A DNA stretch of 64,000 nt from Nymphaea colorata (Eukaryota), in the NCBI RefSeq assembly GCF_008831285.2, contig NC_045138.2:3720001-3784000 (forward strand), written 5' to 3'. Positions 1 through 14,485 of the stretch are shown here, piece after piece. Numbering within the stretch: position 1 is the stretch's first letter; each line of letters opens with the position of its first letter. The notes below the pieces were generated by a model. The model saw only the letters and a list, made by a program, of their open reading frames with translations, was not told the origin of the DNA and made no database searches. A program made the position numbers and the translations under genes.

Positions 1-1399
1 TTGATTTATGATCTGAGTAATGCCAGTGCAACATTATTTACTCAAACGAATGAATAATCATTATACTTTGACACTAAAAAAAAAAATCTCCTAACAATGC
101 GTGGCATATCGTGAATTAACTTTATTGAACGGCTAATAATCAATTTACATTGTCACCGCTGATTTAATCTTACGACAAGGTTACATAATATCTATATTTA
201 CTCGATTCACGTGTTGTATCGGCTACGTCGCTAACATGCATTGTTATGCTTGTGGGTGTTGAATGGCTTCAATCTTACAATGAAATTCGAGGTCATCGAG
301 CCATGACCATCAAATTGGAAAAGAAATGTGTATATGACTTAAAATGCATGCTTAATATGTTGTAAATGTAACCGTAACATGAATGTATTAATGAGTGCAA
401 TTTTTGTACAAAAAACGCTTAGGTTCAAATTAGTTTTGTCGAAAAGTTTATTTTTTCAACTAACTTTTAGTATTGTAAAGAGCTATTTTTTTTTTACGGT
501 GAAAAATAAAATATTAAGAATAAAAATGACTGACTTAGTGTATGCTTCACACTCAATTGCTTTTAAAGTCGCATGCAACGAGCTGGTTCACAAAAAGAGA
601 GACATATTAAGTGGTCTGGTTTTAGTCCTTGGCATCCATCCAAAAAAAGCTACTTCAAGGACCAAAATATGAGGGAGCCGCACAATTTTGAAATATGAGG
701 AAGCCTTTTCTATTCCTTACAATATGAGCCGTATTTTTGTTCAATATTCATACAGAATCCAACAAGAACTAGTAATTTGAGCACCAGTTCAATTTGATTA
801 GATAAGCCCAAGTTCAATCCGCAGCATCACAAAGAAAACCATCGAGCAGTAGCTCCGCAAACTCAAAATCACATTTGTTATTTTTAATCACTTCAGCAAG
901 AAATGAATACGCCATGGCACGTTTACATGGTTACTTCAGCAAGAACGAATAGTGAAGCTCGAAGACGGGTAAACAGAGGTTTGCAATCCTATAATTTGGA
1001 CTGGGGGTCTGTGACCACCGCAGCAGAAGCGGCAGAGAAAGTTGCCTTTGGTTCACAATAAAATGAAGCCCTAAAGACCAGCCTGCTTTGATGCTTTCCA
1101 TGTGACAATACTCCTCTGGATAAAGAAGAAGCCAGATAAATGAGAGGTGCAGGTCTCTTGCATTGACTTATAGCCTGTTGTTGCAGGGTACGTGCATATA
1201 AAAAAGAGAAGGATGATCATCACATAATCCAGTGTCGGGAATGGAGCACAGGATCTTTCTTCATAACATAGAACGATAAGCTATGAAATTACAAGAATTC
1301 AATGAGCAACAAAGGTGAAGTCCAGTGTATGCACACAGTATTACAAAAATTATCTTCCTTGGCGACTGCTCCAGAATATATATCCACCTTTACCACGTG

Positions 1400-4300
1400 T
1401 CATTTTAGAGGCTTTAAACCCTGACAGAGCCGAAAAAGAAAAGAAAAGAAGAAAACTTTATCATGCCTAGTCACCTTTGGAGAAAATGCAGTTCGTTCTT
1501 CCACCTTTAGCTAGTACAGTAAAACACGACAATTCAATCTTCTGCATCTCAAGTACTATCAAAACCAAAACCCTAAGAAGGAGACCAACTCTTTGACACC
1601 TGAACTGAGAAATAGGCGAGATCAGCTGCTAGAACGAGAAGGAACAAAAGTTTGCTAATGCTTGAGCATATTTTACATTTGCACAATTTCACTGACTTCT
1701 CAGGACTCCTAGTTGAGACGGCAAGATCCCCACAAAGTTCGAAGTGGCTACAGTCATTTCTTTTATCAAAGAGAAACAGTTCTAACTTCTAAGGCTTCCA
1801 CTCAGCCAACACTTAAGCCAAAAGCACTGCAATGCGTTTACGCATGAACAACAACACAGGAATTGCAAACCTACCGACCAGCATCCCCCTCCCCACCAAA
1901 AAAGAAAACACCCCAACAATATCCTCGCTTTAGATCCAAATGATAACAGCAGCAAAACAGTGACATCTATCACATATCCCAAAGGAATTTATTATCATAA
2001 TAACATAAAATTAGCACAATATTTTTAGAAGATTCATCCTTTTTAATTTTTATGTATTTTAACTATCTTCTCTCTACATTTTCTTTTATTTGAAAGAACT
2101 GTTCAGAATTGTTTCATTATATGGTCGCAAAAAATGGTGAAAGAATCCATTACTTCAAGTTGTTCTCTTATGACTTTGTTTCTCAACTAACAGAAGTTTC
2201 CAGATCTTAATAAAAATATTTTGGGGAAAAACCTCGCCAAGAATGAGATTTTGACTAACAATCGAAGTTGACATTTCCCCATACAATAACTTGGACTTGA
2301 ATTAGACATGGATCCAGAAAAATCAATGTAATGTGTCTTATTGTTTGTAATGCAATGGAAAAGCATTCAAGCTCTTGACAAAATTTCTAGTGATTTGTGT
2401 AACCAGAACGGAAAATATGAAGTTGAACTGAGCATATTAAATTCATCCACCAATGGTTCAGGGAATTGACAAGGAACCAATAGGCAGTTCCTTGTAAACG
2501 TCAAACACCTAGGAACAAACTTAGGCAGCTAAAACTGCAAGTCTAGTCCCTGTTGGAATAGATTCAAATTTCAATTATGCCATAAAATCAGGAGAGCATT
2601 GCTCCAGTTTTAATAATGATCAAACATTTATGAATCATGAGTCATGACCTTTACCTTGGACGCTCTCATCTCATTGACTGCTAGCCGGAGTGAATCATCT
2701 GACAGTATTAACCTTGACAAAGCCCCAGTACTTAAACTGCACATTCGGAATGAGACTCATAGTCAATATGATGTTGTACTGCTTCTCAATATACAACGCC
2801 TTCTCAAAGCTGTATTTCCAAATAGCAACAAAAGAAGAACTGAACCCAATCACATGCAATTTGGAGGAAAAAGGGGTAAAGCAAGAAACAAGAATGGTTC
2901 TGAGAAAATTACTGCTCACTAGAGCACACTGTAGACATTTCATTTTCCAAGCGACCCCCAAGTTTTCTGAAACGTCATTATGTGCACCCATTCAAGTGCA
3001 ATTCATACACTAAATTTACATACCCCAACATTTTGGCTGCATTAGATATTGATCCATCAACAGCATGCAGTAGATCCAATAAAGCTTGCATTCCCTTTAC
3101 CACGTAGGCAATGAGTGTGTTACTGAATCTGAGGGAGTTGATGAACAAGAAAAAAGGAAAAGCTGGAAGACTGTTTTTGTATGTACCAGGATGAATTTTG
3201 GATTATTAGGTCCAATCTGCGGGCCAACACTTGATCCTCTTATTGTCGATTTTGCAGGAAGAATTTGAATGAGCTCCAGTGGAGGTGAGTATTCATCAAG
3301 CATTATTGGGTTTCTGACTAGTTGTAAACAAGAAAGCATTTATCAATATAAACACCGAAATATATAAAAATTGAAACCAGTATAAGGTAACCGCAAACAA
3401 AGCTCCTCCAGGGAACTACTACGCCAAGTTGTAGACCATCATATGCATAAAAAAAAGTTGAAAGAAAGGATCCTAAGTGCATCACCATCAAAGTGTTGTC
3501 AAGGCAATAGCTGGGAGATGCAAGATCTCCCAGTTCAAAGTATTCCTTTATGAGACATCTTAAATTTCCCAAGTACTTTGTGCATCTAGGATTGGTAATG
3601 GAAAAAGACTTACATATATCATTTCTCTAATTACTCATTCTATACGGCAAGAAAAGATGCATGACTGGAAGTGTTCCAATTTGTTTAACATTTAACAATG
3701 AAAACAACACTGATCAGCTTGACAATAATAAGCATACACGGACAAAGATAAGCTTTAGAAAACTGTCCCTCCATTTTGTGCATCAAAATTACATAAATCA
3801 CCGAAACATGCATCAGCGAAAGGGATCAAATTGGGGTAAAGTAGTGCTAATGAAATCCTTGAAGATGTTCATACCATCACATTTAGTTGGTTAACCTAAT
3901 GAATATTGGGAGATCTAAAGCCTATGACCATAGTCATATACTAATACAAGGCCATAAAAATGTTCACATTTCACAAAACCCTGAGGCAATTAACCTAAAA
4001 CAGAAATTTCCTTTTAGAAATAACATATAAGAATTAGCATGTATGATTCTTACTTTTTGGTAGATGCACAGATAATGATTTATACAACTGAAATGCAAAC
4101 TGCAGGATGTAAAGAATCATAAGAAAATTACCATTTGTCATAATCACTTTACCTAAGAAATAGGCTCCCTTTCGTATAACAGAATACTCTTTCTAAGGGG
4201 ACTGAAACAAAATCAAGGTTTTGTATGAAAATGGAAAGCACATCGGCTGCCACCCTCCCAGAAGTAGGAAAGGAACTGCACAACTCACGAGCATCTAATG

Positions 4301-6265
4301 TACATGTATCTAATTTATGATTCACAGCAAATAAATACTTCCTTCCGGGTCATGCGAGACACACTTTCACGACTTTTGAAATATATATTATATAACATAT
4401 AAAAGAAGACTGTAGTTTGCAAAAGATGAGATCTCGCATGAGCAGGCATAATATGTGAATCCATCACCCATAGGGGGTGCAGAAAACTAGTTCTCAGACA
4501 ACTGAAACTATTTTGCAAGGAAAACAAGAAAACGAACCTTTAAGAGCCAGCAAAGTCCGCAAACGAGCTAATGCTGAAGCGCGATTCTTATGTTGAGAAC
4601 GGTCTTCTACTGCCTGACATTTACAAAGGAAGAATTGTAAAGACATGATTGAAATATGACAGAAAGATAAGCAGCCTCATAAATTTCAAGCAATGAAGAT
4701 CTTATCACAGTCCAGTTGGTCACATGATAATGCCACAAAGTAAAACCAGACTATATTAGACGCTTAATATGTCTTCTAACCAAGACTACGTGCAAACTTA
4801 ACTCACTGCACATAAGCTGCCCAGGTGAACTCTGCGACAAGCCTTTGCAATGAAAATGATAGAATAACAATTGGTATCTAAGAAGTAAGAAGACCGCCTA
4901 AGAATGGACAGACGACAATGAATGAGAAGATGAATAAGCAAAAGAATGGTAGATGGCTGGATCGAATGAAAATGAAAATAACACGCAAACTATAAGCTAG
5001 AAACATATGTGAAATGAGATATTGAGTCCAGAAAAAAAAAAGTCAAGCGTCTTCAATTTGCCTAGTTGTAATTATCAGGCAGCAACATGAGCCAAACAGC
5101 TACTACTGGGCTTCTGCAAACAAATCAATTTTAACCTAGAAGCTATGGCCAGATACAACAAACTAATGAGAATAAAAAACCCAAAGAGAAAACTTGTTGG
5201 TCGACATCTATTGCCATCATAGTTCCTGGGTTTCGTGTTTCTCAACCAAAACAAAACCTATCTCCCTTCTTGATGTAATAAGAGAGTGCAATTTGTGAAG
5301 ATCAGTAATGAAACATTACACTCACTAGTAATTCTACAAAAAAAGAGACTTACTGATACCACCAGAAAAAGATCAAGTTGCCTTGGACGAGATATAGGAG
5401 CCGATACCAAACAACTCTTATACACAGAAGGGTACTTTTTAGTAATGAGAAATGAGAACCATTCGCATACAAGTGCGTCGCGCTCACCTACTGCTGCTTA
5501 AACCGACAAATTTTCATATACCAAGTCCTAGATGCTAGGTCTCACTGAGGGAGCACATACCATACATACAACTCTAGACATTAGCTACCCAACAATGACT
5601 TTCTGCAAAGTAGACAAGCTTGGCATCTGGTACTTCGTCCAAATCCCTCATAAGGAACCTTTCCGGCTTCATGTTGGGGGCCTTCCGTTGTCAAGGACCC
5701 AATTGCAGGTGATCTGATGATAAGAAAGGGCACGCACGGGCTCAAAACTGCATCCTGCCGACCCAATTCACTGACTCGGGCGTAAAATAGTGCAAGGACA
5801 CGAAGGAAGACAAGTCAAAGAACCAGGTTGTCCTCCAGGAAAAGCAGAGGAATACTAGGGACGCCACGATGATGAAAAAGGGAAATATAAATAAGTGGAG
5901 AGATAGAGAGAGAGGCATACCTGGGCGACGATACCAGTAGGTATGTGCTTGAGCCTGACAGCACTCTCCCTCTTGTTGCGATGCTGGCCGCCGGGGCCAG
6001 ATGCCTTGAAGGTGTCCATCTCACACTGACCCATCAGCTGATCATCCGACAGCCGTAGAAATCCTCCGTCGCTGCTAACCTCACAGCCTCCACTTGGTGG
6101 TGGTGTTGCCGCCGTTGATGCTGTGAAGAAGGCGACCTTGATTTTGGTGTCTCCAGAAGGCAGCCTGAGGAGGGGTGGAAGCAGGGATAGACGTAGCGTT
6201 CGGTTGTTCATCCCGGCGACGAACGCAGACAATGCACCAGCAAGACTCATCCGCAGGACCGCCAT
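1400..6265 (-). CDS. Class I peptide chain release factor-like protein (stand-alone GGQ domain, probably organelle-targeted)
   Basis: Exons (minus, all GT-AG): 6265-5921, 4613-4538, 3317-3187, 3094-3024, 2736-2655, 1420-1400. Spliced protein: MAVLRMSL...[61 protein letters not shown]...[17 protein letters not shown]...[39 protein letters not shown]. It has the RF-1 GGQ motif, and the N-terminus is S/R/L-rich like a transit peptide. The choice of start ATG is inferred. Confidence 0.9.
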
Positions 6266-8034
6266 ACAGTTGCGCCAACCCGAAAAACGGCGAGACTGGC
6301 GTTCCGGCGGCACGGCTACAAAAGCATGGACGCCAATATCGTGAGTCGTACTCAACTCTTGCTGGTCGGATGGTCCAGATCTTTTGTTTAATAATTAATA
6401 TTAACCGAAATCAGTCAATTGTTTTTATTTCGACTCGTTTTGCACCCCGGCCTGAATCAACTCAGGTGGTCATCATTTGGTCTGCTGGTACGCTTCGCCA
6501 TATAAGAGAACAACCCACATCCCTGTGATAGTTGCTCGTTTGAATGCCAAAGGTTGTAGGAAAATAGTAAAATGAGAAACAAAGTGTTTTTATGAAATTT
6601 ACCAGCACAGTTAGGCAGAGATAGGAAGGCAATCTGAGGAAGGTCGAATCGAAGATGGAGAATCAAGTTTCATTCCCGTCACTCCGTTGATTATGCCTTT
6701 ATGGCGTCCTCCTGATACAGCTTGGTGACAAGGCTCACTCCCATCATCAGAAAATACAAGCATTAACTGCTTTTGAGTTGAAGTCATCCGGCCTTTCCTA
6801 ACAGTAAACAGTTCACATGAAAGTGTCCAGTATATGTCATGCACGTCATGTACCTTAATTACACCAATATTACCCCAAAAGACGAATAATGTCCAAATGC
6901 CATGCCGTCCCACTTGGCAGAAACCAATTGTCCCCCTTTAAAGCATGTAGTCTCTCACTCTTGTTAAATTTAGTAGATCGAATTTTAGTTCAATTAGTTG
7001 GCGTTGATAAACCAAGAAAAAAAAAAGATATAAGAATGTTTTTGTCACATACACAGTTCTATCTAGTGTTCCATCAGACAATTCGACCAGATTAAAACCA
7101 AACCCAGAATCTGACTAGAATCTACATCCAAATACAAGAAAATATAGAGCCTTAAGCTAGTTCAACTCAAACCCGTCCATAAGATGATGTGGAACTCTGC
7201 CTCCACGTTTAGTTAGGTCAGACAGTAAACTAGATCTCAGAATCACACACATCGAAGGAGTAAAGCTGTCTCAAAATCACACACCGGGATCCTCCTGCAA
7301 GACTTACAGTCCTTAACGGCTACCGATATAAGCTTCAGAAAGAAGGGAAGCGAGATTTTTTATGTGATACAATTGCTATACAGGAAAATTGTTAAAACTG
7401 AATTAAAACATTTTTGTCAACGACGATTCGTTGCCTTAAACCTGCAAACTCAATCATATCCGAGGTGGCCCTCAGATAGTTCCGAGTCAACACTGCCCGC
7501 AGAACGGCTTGCACTCAGTCTGAGTACATGGCCAGAAAGCCATATGGAAATTCAACACAATCTTGAACAAATGTAAACGAAAAGAGCAAGGGCAACACAC
7601 ACTACACTTGATGTTAGCCAAAAGACCGAGAAAGGTATAGAGCAAGGGCATCCTTCAGTTTTTTAATTTAGCTCCAAGCGATAAATTAGGTCGCCAATCG
7701 CATTACCTTACCACACGATTACCATGCTTTATGCAATCAATATGGTATAAACCTCCACATAGGCCATAATAATAAAGTGAAAATGCAAAAGGCCTGTAAA
7801 GAGAAGTTTCAACTCAAACTTTTACCGCTGCATAGCACAAATAAGGGAGAACGAAACCATCACAAAGAGCTGCAACCTAGTTCTATATAGTCAATGAAGA
7901 ACAGATCAATCTAAAGTAATGTGAGCCAAGCAAGTCCCACAAATTCCCACATTAGAAGCCACATCCTTTAATGCGTTTGACGCAACTGTGCTTTCAAAAG
8001 GGTTCTGATGCTCAATCCGATCCCATCATGCCTT

Positions 8035-11000
8035 CTAGACTCTTGCTCGCTTGTTGCTGCATGCTGGGCACTTGTACTGCTTGATATGCTCCGCTCTTGC
8101 AGGGGTGATCTTAACACACTTCCCATGGAACCATCTTTCGCATACATCACAACAGATCCAGAACTCATCAGATGCATAGTTTTCCCCACATGCCCCGCAC
8201 AACGCATCACCATGCTCGTCCTCATCTTCATCACCACTCTCATCATCCTTGGGTGGAGGCGTCTTTGTTGATTTTGGCTGAGACTCTGGCTGTCGAGACG
8301 GCTGGGAAAGAACGTACAACAGAAAAAATTAACCATCCAGAAAACGAATAACCATAAAAAAAGAAAGAATATGAAGAGCTCCCACCATCTTTGCATTGGA
8401 CTTGCTCTTGTTGCTGCTATTTGTGGTGATGGTTGACTTTTCTCTGGCTTGCTTCTTAGCAACCCCTGTCACAACCTCAAATATTGTTGGGAGATCATTC
8501 ATCATGTTGAACAGCCTTTTCCTGCACCCCACGTGGCATCATCAGATATGTAACTTATAAAATGCCTAAGCACCATCAACCACCAAACAATCCAACAAAA
8601 TGATTGTACTAGACAAATGGACCAGAATGGTCTTCCATTTTCTCCCACACATATCACACTATGATGATAAAATAACATTTATGCTGGCATCACTGAACAT
8701 GAGTTGTAGCTGGGTCCATATTACGTGCAACAACCAGCAACCAATTTATTAATTCCAAGTAAATCCAATCGCATGCATAACATGCATGAGATGTATGATG
8801 CAGACAAGAATGAGGTTTTGCAATTGCAGAAGAGTAGAAGCCGGACTTCCCAGCTAAAGAATCTTCCTGGCATTTGAGAATCTGAAACATGAAATAAAAA
8901 GAATGGCTTCTTTTTACTCATCTTCCAAGAAAAAGCAACCATCTAGGTCCTCAGAAACTATTTTGTAAATCAACCAGCTGCAATATTACTAGTTTACTGT
9001 TAATGAGACTGTAGGACTCAAATTTTTTCATATTTACTTATGTTCCTTCCTAAAGCCTCAATCTGTGCGCATCTAAAGTAAAGAGCATAAAAAAAGAAAG
9101 AAAATTAACAAAAACACATGGACATTTTGTTCATATTCAACTATGGTTAAACAAGGACAGCAGTCACCAACTTGTGACTTGGCCGATTCACCTCAGCTTG
9201 AACAAGTTAACTTGTTTAAGGGTCATCTTACACAAGTTTCACAAAAGTCCCAGTAAGTCATTTATGACTGGCTGAGTCAGGAACAAATAAAACCCAACAG
9301 GTTGAAGCATAAAGAAAGGGTGGGTCCCACTCTCTCAATTGGGTATTTCTTCTTTATATGAGAGCATATTCTTGTAAATCTCTTGCAACGAACCTCCGCC
9401 ACCACCGTCAGTTAGTTCCTTCAAATTAAGCATGTACACCTTCCACAGTATCAACGCACATTTTCCCATGTAGACTAACAAGCAATGTTAAAGCCTTCAC
9501 ATCATATACTTCTAATTCCCTTCTGCTAGATACCATGTTTTCAATTTAATCCCAACAACAACCATCAATTGTACATAAAACAGCTAATTGGATGCCAAAA
9601 GAGCTCCATTCACTTGGCCAGGGGCCAGTATAGGGCCTCATAGTCAAAGAAGATCAAGAATTTGATGCCCCCAGAATAATTTGGAAGTGATCTCCCAAAG
9701 TCCAGCTTCTGCAAAAAAATTGGAAAACGAAAAACGTATCTTGATGCATGACTTTTTCAAATCAAAACCATGCATCCAAGGTCAAATTATTTTCAGCCTT
9801 ATCAAGGCAGAATCAGTCATTTTTGCCAGCCATGCCCCAAAAAAGTTGTTCTCCAAAACTTAGAAAAAGAAAACACGAAGAACTTGTAGGCCTAGGTAGA
9901 ACTAAGAGTATAACCACTCACAACACACATACCATCTGATCTGAGGTTGTTGGATTTTCCTTTTTCTGTTTTTCATATGATAGTGCAAGAAATGTTCTTG
10001 GCTTAGAAGAAAATTAAGGTATCAGTTCCAGATCTATTCTACCCTGGTGAGTCACAACTCACAAGCAAGGAGCAAACATCAAGCTCCTCACGGAGGCATC
10101 TTAAACTGAAACAGGCCAAGGAAAACAATAAAGTCTATATGTCCTGAAATGATGAGAACATATGTTTTCAAATCTGTTCCCTCTCTTCTAAGCCATAAGG
10201 TAGAATAGCATGTAGAACCATATCAATTGCACCAGTAATGCATTGTACACTCCATTACAAATTCCTTGCATCCTAGACTTCATTCCCTTGAAAATCCAAT
10301 AACTTGGTGCATTTATCTTATTTTAATATACATGTGTATCAACAAAAACTTTGACTTGAAATGACTAATATGCTACAATATCTCATTGGTATCAACAAGT
10401 TATGTCTAAGAAAACTAAATAACTTTTGCCCACCAGAAAAGAACTAGTATTTCGTCTCTTTGGAGACATCCAATAAAATTGGAAAGGACTAGTATTTTGA
10501 ACTTTGTACTTGAAACTGAAGAATTTACATGATGCTTGAGATGCGATGTTGTGGTCTACAAAATTAATTGATCTCAAGTTATTAAAATAGTGCCATCACA
10601 TGCTTCTATGCAAATTGACTAGTTGCACAAGACAATACCTTGAAATTCCAGTACTGTCAGTAGATAATACAATCATACATAACAAAAATTTCTGAATATT
10701 TGTTTGTATAAAGGAACACATCCACTACTAAGCATATGATTCAGTTATTTTAACAAAACTTGTAATCGCTGATAATTTGATACCCTGAAAAGAAACAAAT
10801 GTTATCAACAAAATTATATGACATACAGAGAGAGTATCATAATCAAGAAATAAATGTGATGATGTCTGCCACAACAATGTCATTACAGTTTAGAAAGTCA
10901 AAAAACCATTTAATACACATTTCAATATGTGCTTGCTTTTAGTTTCTGTTTCTTTTATATTTTAGTTTTACTATTTTTGCTTTATAATTTTGCAAGAAAC

Positions 11001-14000
11001 AAAGGAAACTACAAAAAAATATGTATCTTTCTATTTTTCCAATTCTTAGAACCCAACTTCTTTATTTCTTTTGGGCAACACAGGATGGTCACTAAATCAG
11101 AAAGACAGGCCTCATGGATTCTGAATGAAACAAACAGTTCATCAACATCCAAAGACAATAAGGATTATATCTTAAAAGGAAATCCTTCCATATGAATTTC
11201 TAAAACAAGTTTTGAATTGATCCTACTCAACAAGGGAATTGAGTTAGCCTTTCAGCAATGAACCCATAGACCAGTATTTCAATTCAATGATGCAAAATAT
11301 ATAGTGTTATAAGATTCAATGTACTGTATCATAGCACCAGGTTGTTAAGAGCTACAATATAGCCTCCATAAAAAGATGAGATAGTTTATTGAACCATAAA
11401 ATGCTATACCACTTTGTACGGTACTGAATTATACCATATCAAACTATTTCCCCCATTCCATAGGCCTATTTTCCTAGTTTTTCCAATTTCAGGAAACCAG
11501 TTACTTAAGGTAGGTTTTTCCAAAATCCAAGGGTCATTTTAGTTCCTTTTCCATATTCATTTGTTCTAACTTCTTAGATTTTTCAAGAATTGATCTTTTT
11601 AGGCATGGATTTTATATTTGTTTCAAATATTTTCATTCTTTAAATTTTTTCACGTATCAGGCATGATTAATCCATGTCACTACTTCCTCCAATATAGTTT
11701 CTATACAATCCTTACAACATTTTTTCAGTCCATCACCACCTATGCCACCATCCGTCTCCAATAGCACCACGGTGCACATCTCCATAACCCTAACACCAAC
11801 AAAATCTCCAAGCATTAACATCACCAAGAACATCCAGTTCCATCTATTTGTACTATCTTTCTTGTTGCATAATCAATAATAAATTCCTCATTTCACATCC
11901 ATTACAGCATTAATTCTGCAGCAACAACAAATTTCCTACAACCTTAATTTTCAATCCTAAAGTTTCTGCCACTTTTACCTCAACCATAACATTTCCTAAA
12001 GTTGCCCTAAAATAGACCAACCATAATTTTTGTGTCCATGAAAGTGTCATTGGCCACTAATCATGTATGGGGTTTTCTACAGTACTTCTGGCTAGCATAA
12101 ATACACAAGAGTGCATCAAACACCTAATTTATAATTGCACAAGGGACTGTGTCTGCATATAGGAAGACGAGACTACAAGTGCAAGTACGTAAATAATTAA
12201 TAAGTAAGAACAAAAAATGCAACACATACAAATATATTGTAGAAAGAACAGCACCAATGAAATGATTCCAAAAATAAGACAAATTTTAGGGTGTGATGCT
12301 TTCTTTTAGTGAAAACACACAAACCATAGATACATTAACTAGGGTGCACAAGACATGTCCATTATGAAATAACAGCAATGGAAGCATTGAAGATGCCACG
12401 CACTTCACATCCCCAAGTTCAAGTAGGTACCCTTATCCTTTTCTTTTTCCAGATTGAGAGATAGGGTAGGCAGACACATACTTCAGTTCTGCCAAGCTAT
12501 GCATAGCAGACGAACTTGTGACCTCTTCACCTTGAGGTTACTCAAGTCACGGCATGTTTTTTCTTACCTCACTTGTTTGTTGTTTCATTGTTACTATTTT
12601 GATTTATTGTAGTTGTGAAATGTGAATATTGGTCCTTTATACTCAATTTAATTTGTACACAAGTCCACCAATTAACTATGAATCATCTCGACAGACCCTG
12701 TACTTTCGGCTATTATGAAAACCAAGATGAAATAACAAAAGTAACAAAAAATCAGCTGAATCATGCTGTCATCTCCAAACAAACCTAGTGAAGCTCCAAA
12801 CCATTTCATATGCATTCATAAGATCCAATAAAGAAATCAAACCTAAAAACTGCAAATGTTTTATCACTGCAAATGTTTTATCAAGAAGTGCTTAATGCCT
12901 GTTACAAAACCAAGTTTTTTTATGTTTCCCCCAAACGACCCTTCATTTTCTGGAAATACAATCACGGAAAAAGCTCACCAAGCTGATAATCAGCATTTTT
13001 CAAGGAAAGTAAGGTCTGGACTTCTAGACTCCAGAATACCCTCATTTACATTAAAGTGAACAAGGTGTTAAAAACATACAATACATTTTAAATTTTAAAA
13101 CAGAAGAGATCACTGTAGACAAATACCATTAGTTTGAATGTAAAAGTCTAACACAGCAAATGACAAAACAAGTTGAGTACAATTCTATCTCGACAAAAGT
13201 TATCGCCTTAGAACTGCAAAGGCAGCTATTATCACAATCCATGTCAAAAAAACAACTACGAAAGAAGGATGAAATAAACAATAAGTAAATAAGTTTGGGA
13301 ACAATGACATAGTGCCACCTTTTGAATAACAAAGAAGGTAGGAAGAGCAAAACTGCTTTTAATTTAATGCACCTCATCTGAAGGAACAATAATAAAAAAT
13401 TAAAAAGTTTCCTTTTCTTCTCTTGTTAGCATGGGTTACTATTATTTTGTAGTGAACTGGAAGTCAACAAGTGGGAAGCAGCACAGAGAAACATGCGATG
13501 AAGTAATGTGTGATATCAGTAAAACTGTACAATACCTCATAAAATAAGAAATTGACAAAAAAAGTGAGAACCCTTAACAAATGAACAGTACAATATCAGA
13601 AATGAAATTGACCACCAATTTGTAGTTAAATGATAGCGGAACCAAAATTTCCATGCTTGGAATCGGGACTACTAATGGGTTTCTCTTCTTGCTTCCTAGA
13701 AGCCGTAATTCCTATTTTATGTGGTTACGGTAACCGTGAAGATACACTACAGAAGGAATGCAAAAACACAAATATGAGCTAGGGAAGGAACAATCATCGT
13801 AGCGACAGGGGCACATCATACCGATGCAGACATGACCTGAGGAAAGTTTACCTGTCGTTTTTATCAAATCCGAAGCGTGCGCCAAAGTAGAAAGCAACGG
13901 CAAGTAGCCAAGCATCGCTGTGAACGGCAACGAGAGACAACCAATCTTTCTCTTGCATACCATCCCTGGCAAAGTTGATCCCTAAAGCTGGTTCAGGAAG

Positions 14001-14485
14001 TTCTGGAGGAACCTCCTCAGCGGGGAGATTAACTTCCCAAGACTCATTTGGAAATCCATAGAGGCACAGGTTCTCTTTCTCTGCAGGAAAACCAGAAAAT
14101 GCATTAGCAACCACGCAGACACAACGCAAGTTTTAGATCGGAGTATTCTAGGCCGACGAAGAAACATGACCAAGCAAGATTTCAGCTGGGAGAATTAGAT
14201 TGGAAGTACGAAGAAGGCAACCAATGGTCAGTGGAACCATGGGTAAAAGAAGAAAGGTTCACCTGGATCACACTGCTGGTAAAACTTGTCGACCTCTGCA
14301 AAAGAACGATAAAGCGTTGTGAGCAACCACGAGAGAGAACCAGAGAGAGAGAGAGAGAGAGAGAGACAGAAGGCAGATGTACCAGTTGTAAGAGCCTTAA
14401 TCATTCCAGCACGTCGACCCCTGAAATCCTTAAAGACCTCCTCAACGGTGCGAGGGTTGTAATGGCCTGACCCTCCTCCTTCCAT
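8035..14485 (-). CDS. AL: PHD finger protein ALFIN-LIKE (Alfin/PAL domain, acidic linker, C4HC3 PHD finger)
   Basis: Exons: 14485-14383, 14295-14263, 14080-13852, 8521-8386, 8301-8035. Motifs: [72 protein letters not shown], and [47 protein letters not shown]. The specific paralog is not assigned. Confidence 0.96.

Noticed and set aside
9300..9540. LTR-like segment ending CTAACA plus a PBS-like GCTAGATACCA in Alfin intron 3
   Set aside because: No matching second LTR, TSD or coding remnant. Too decayed to call.
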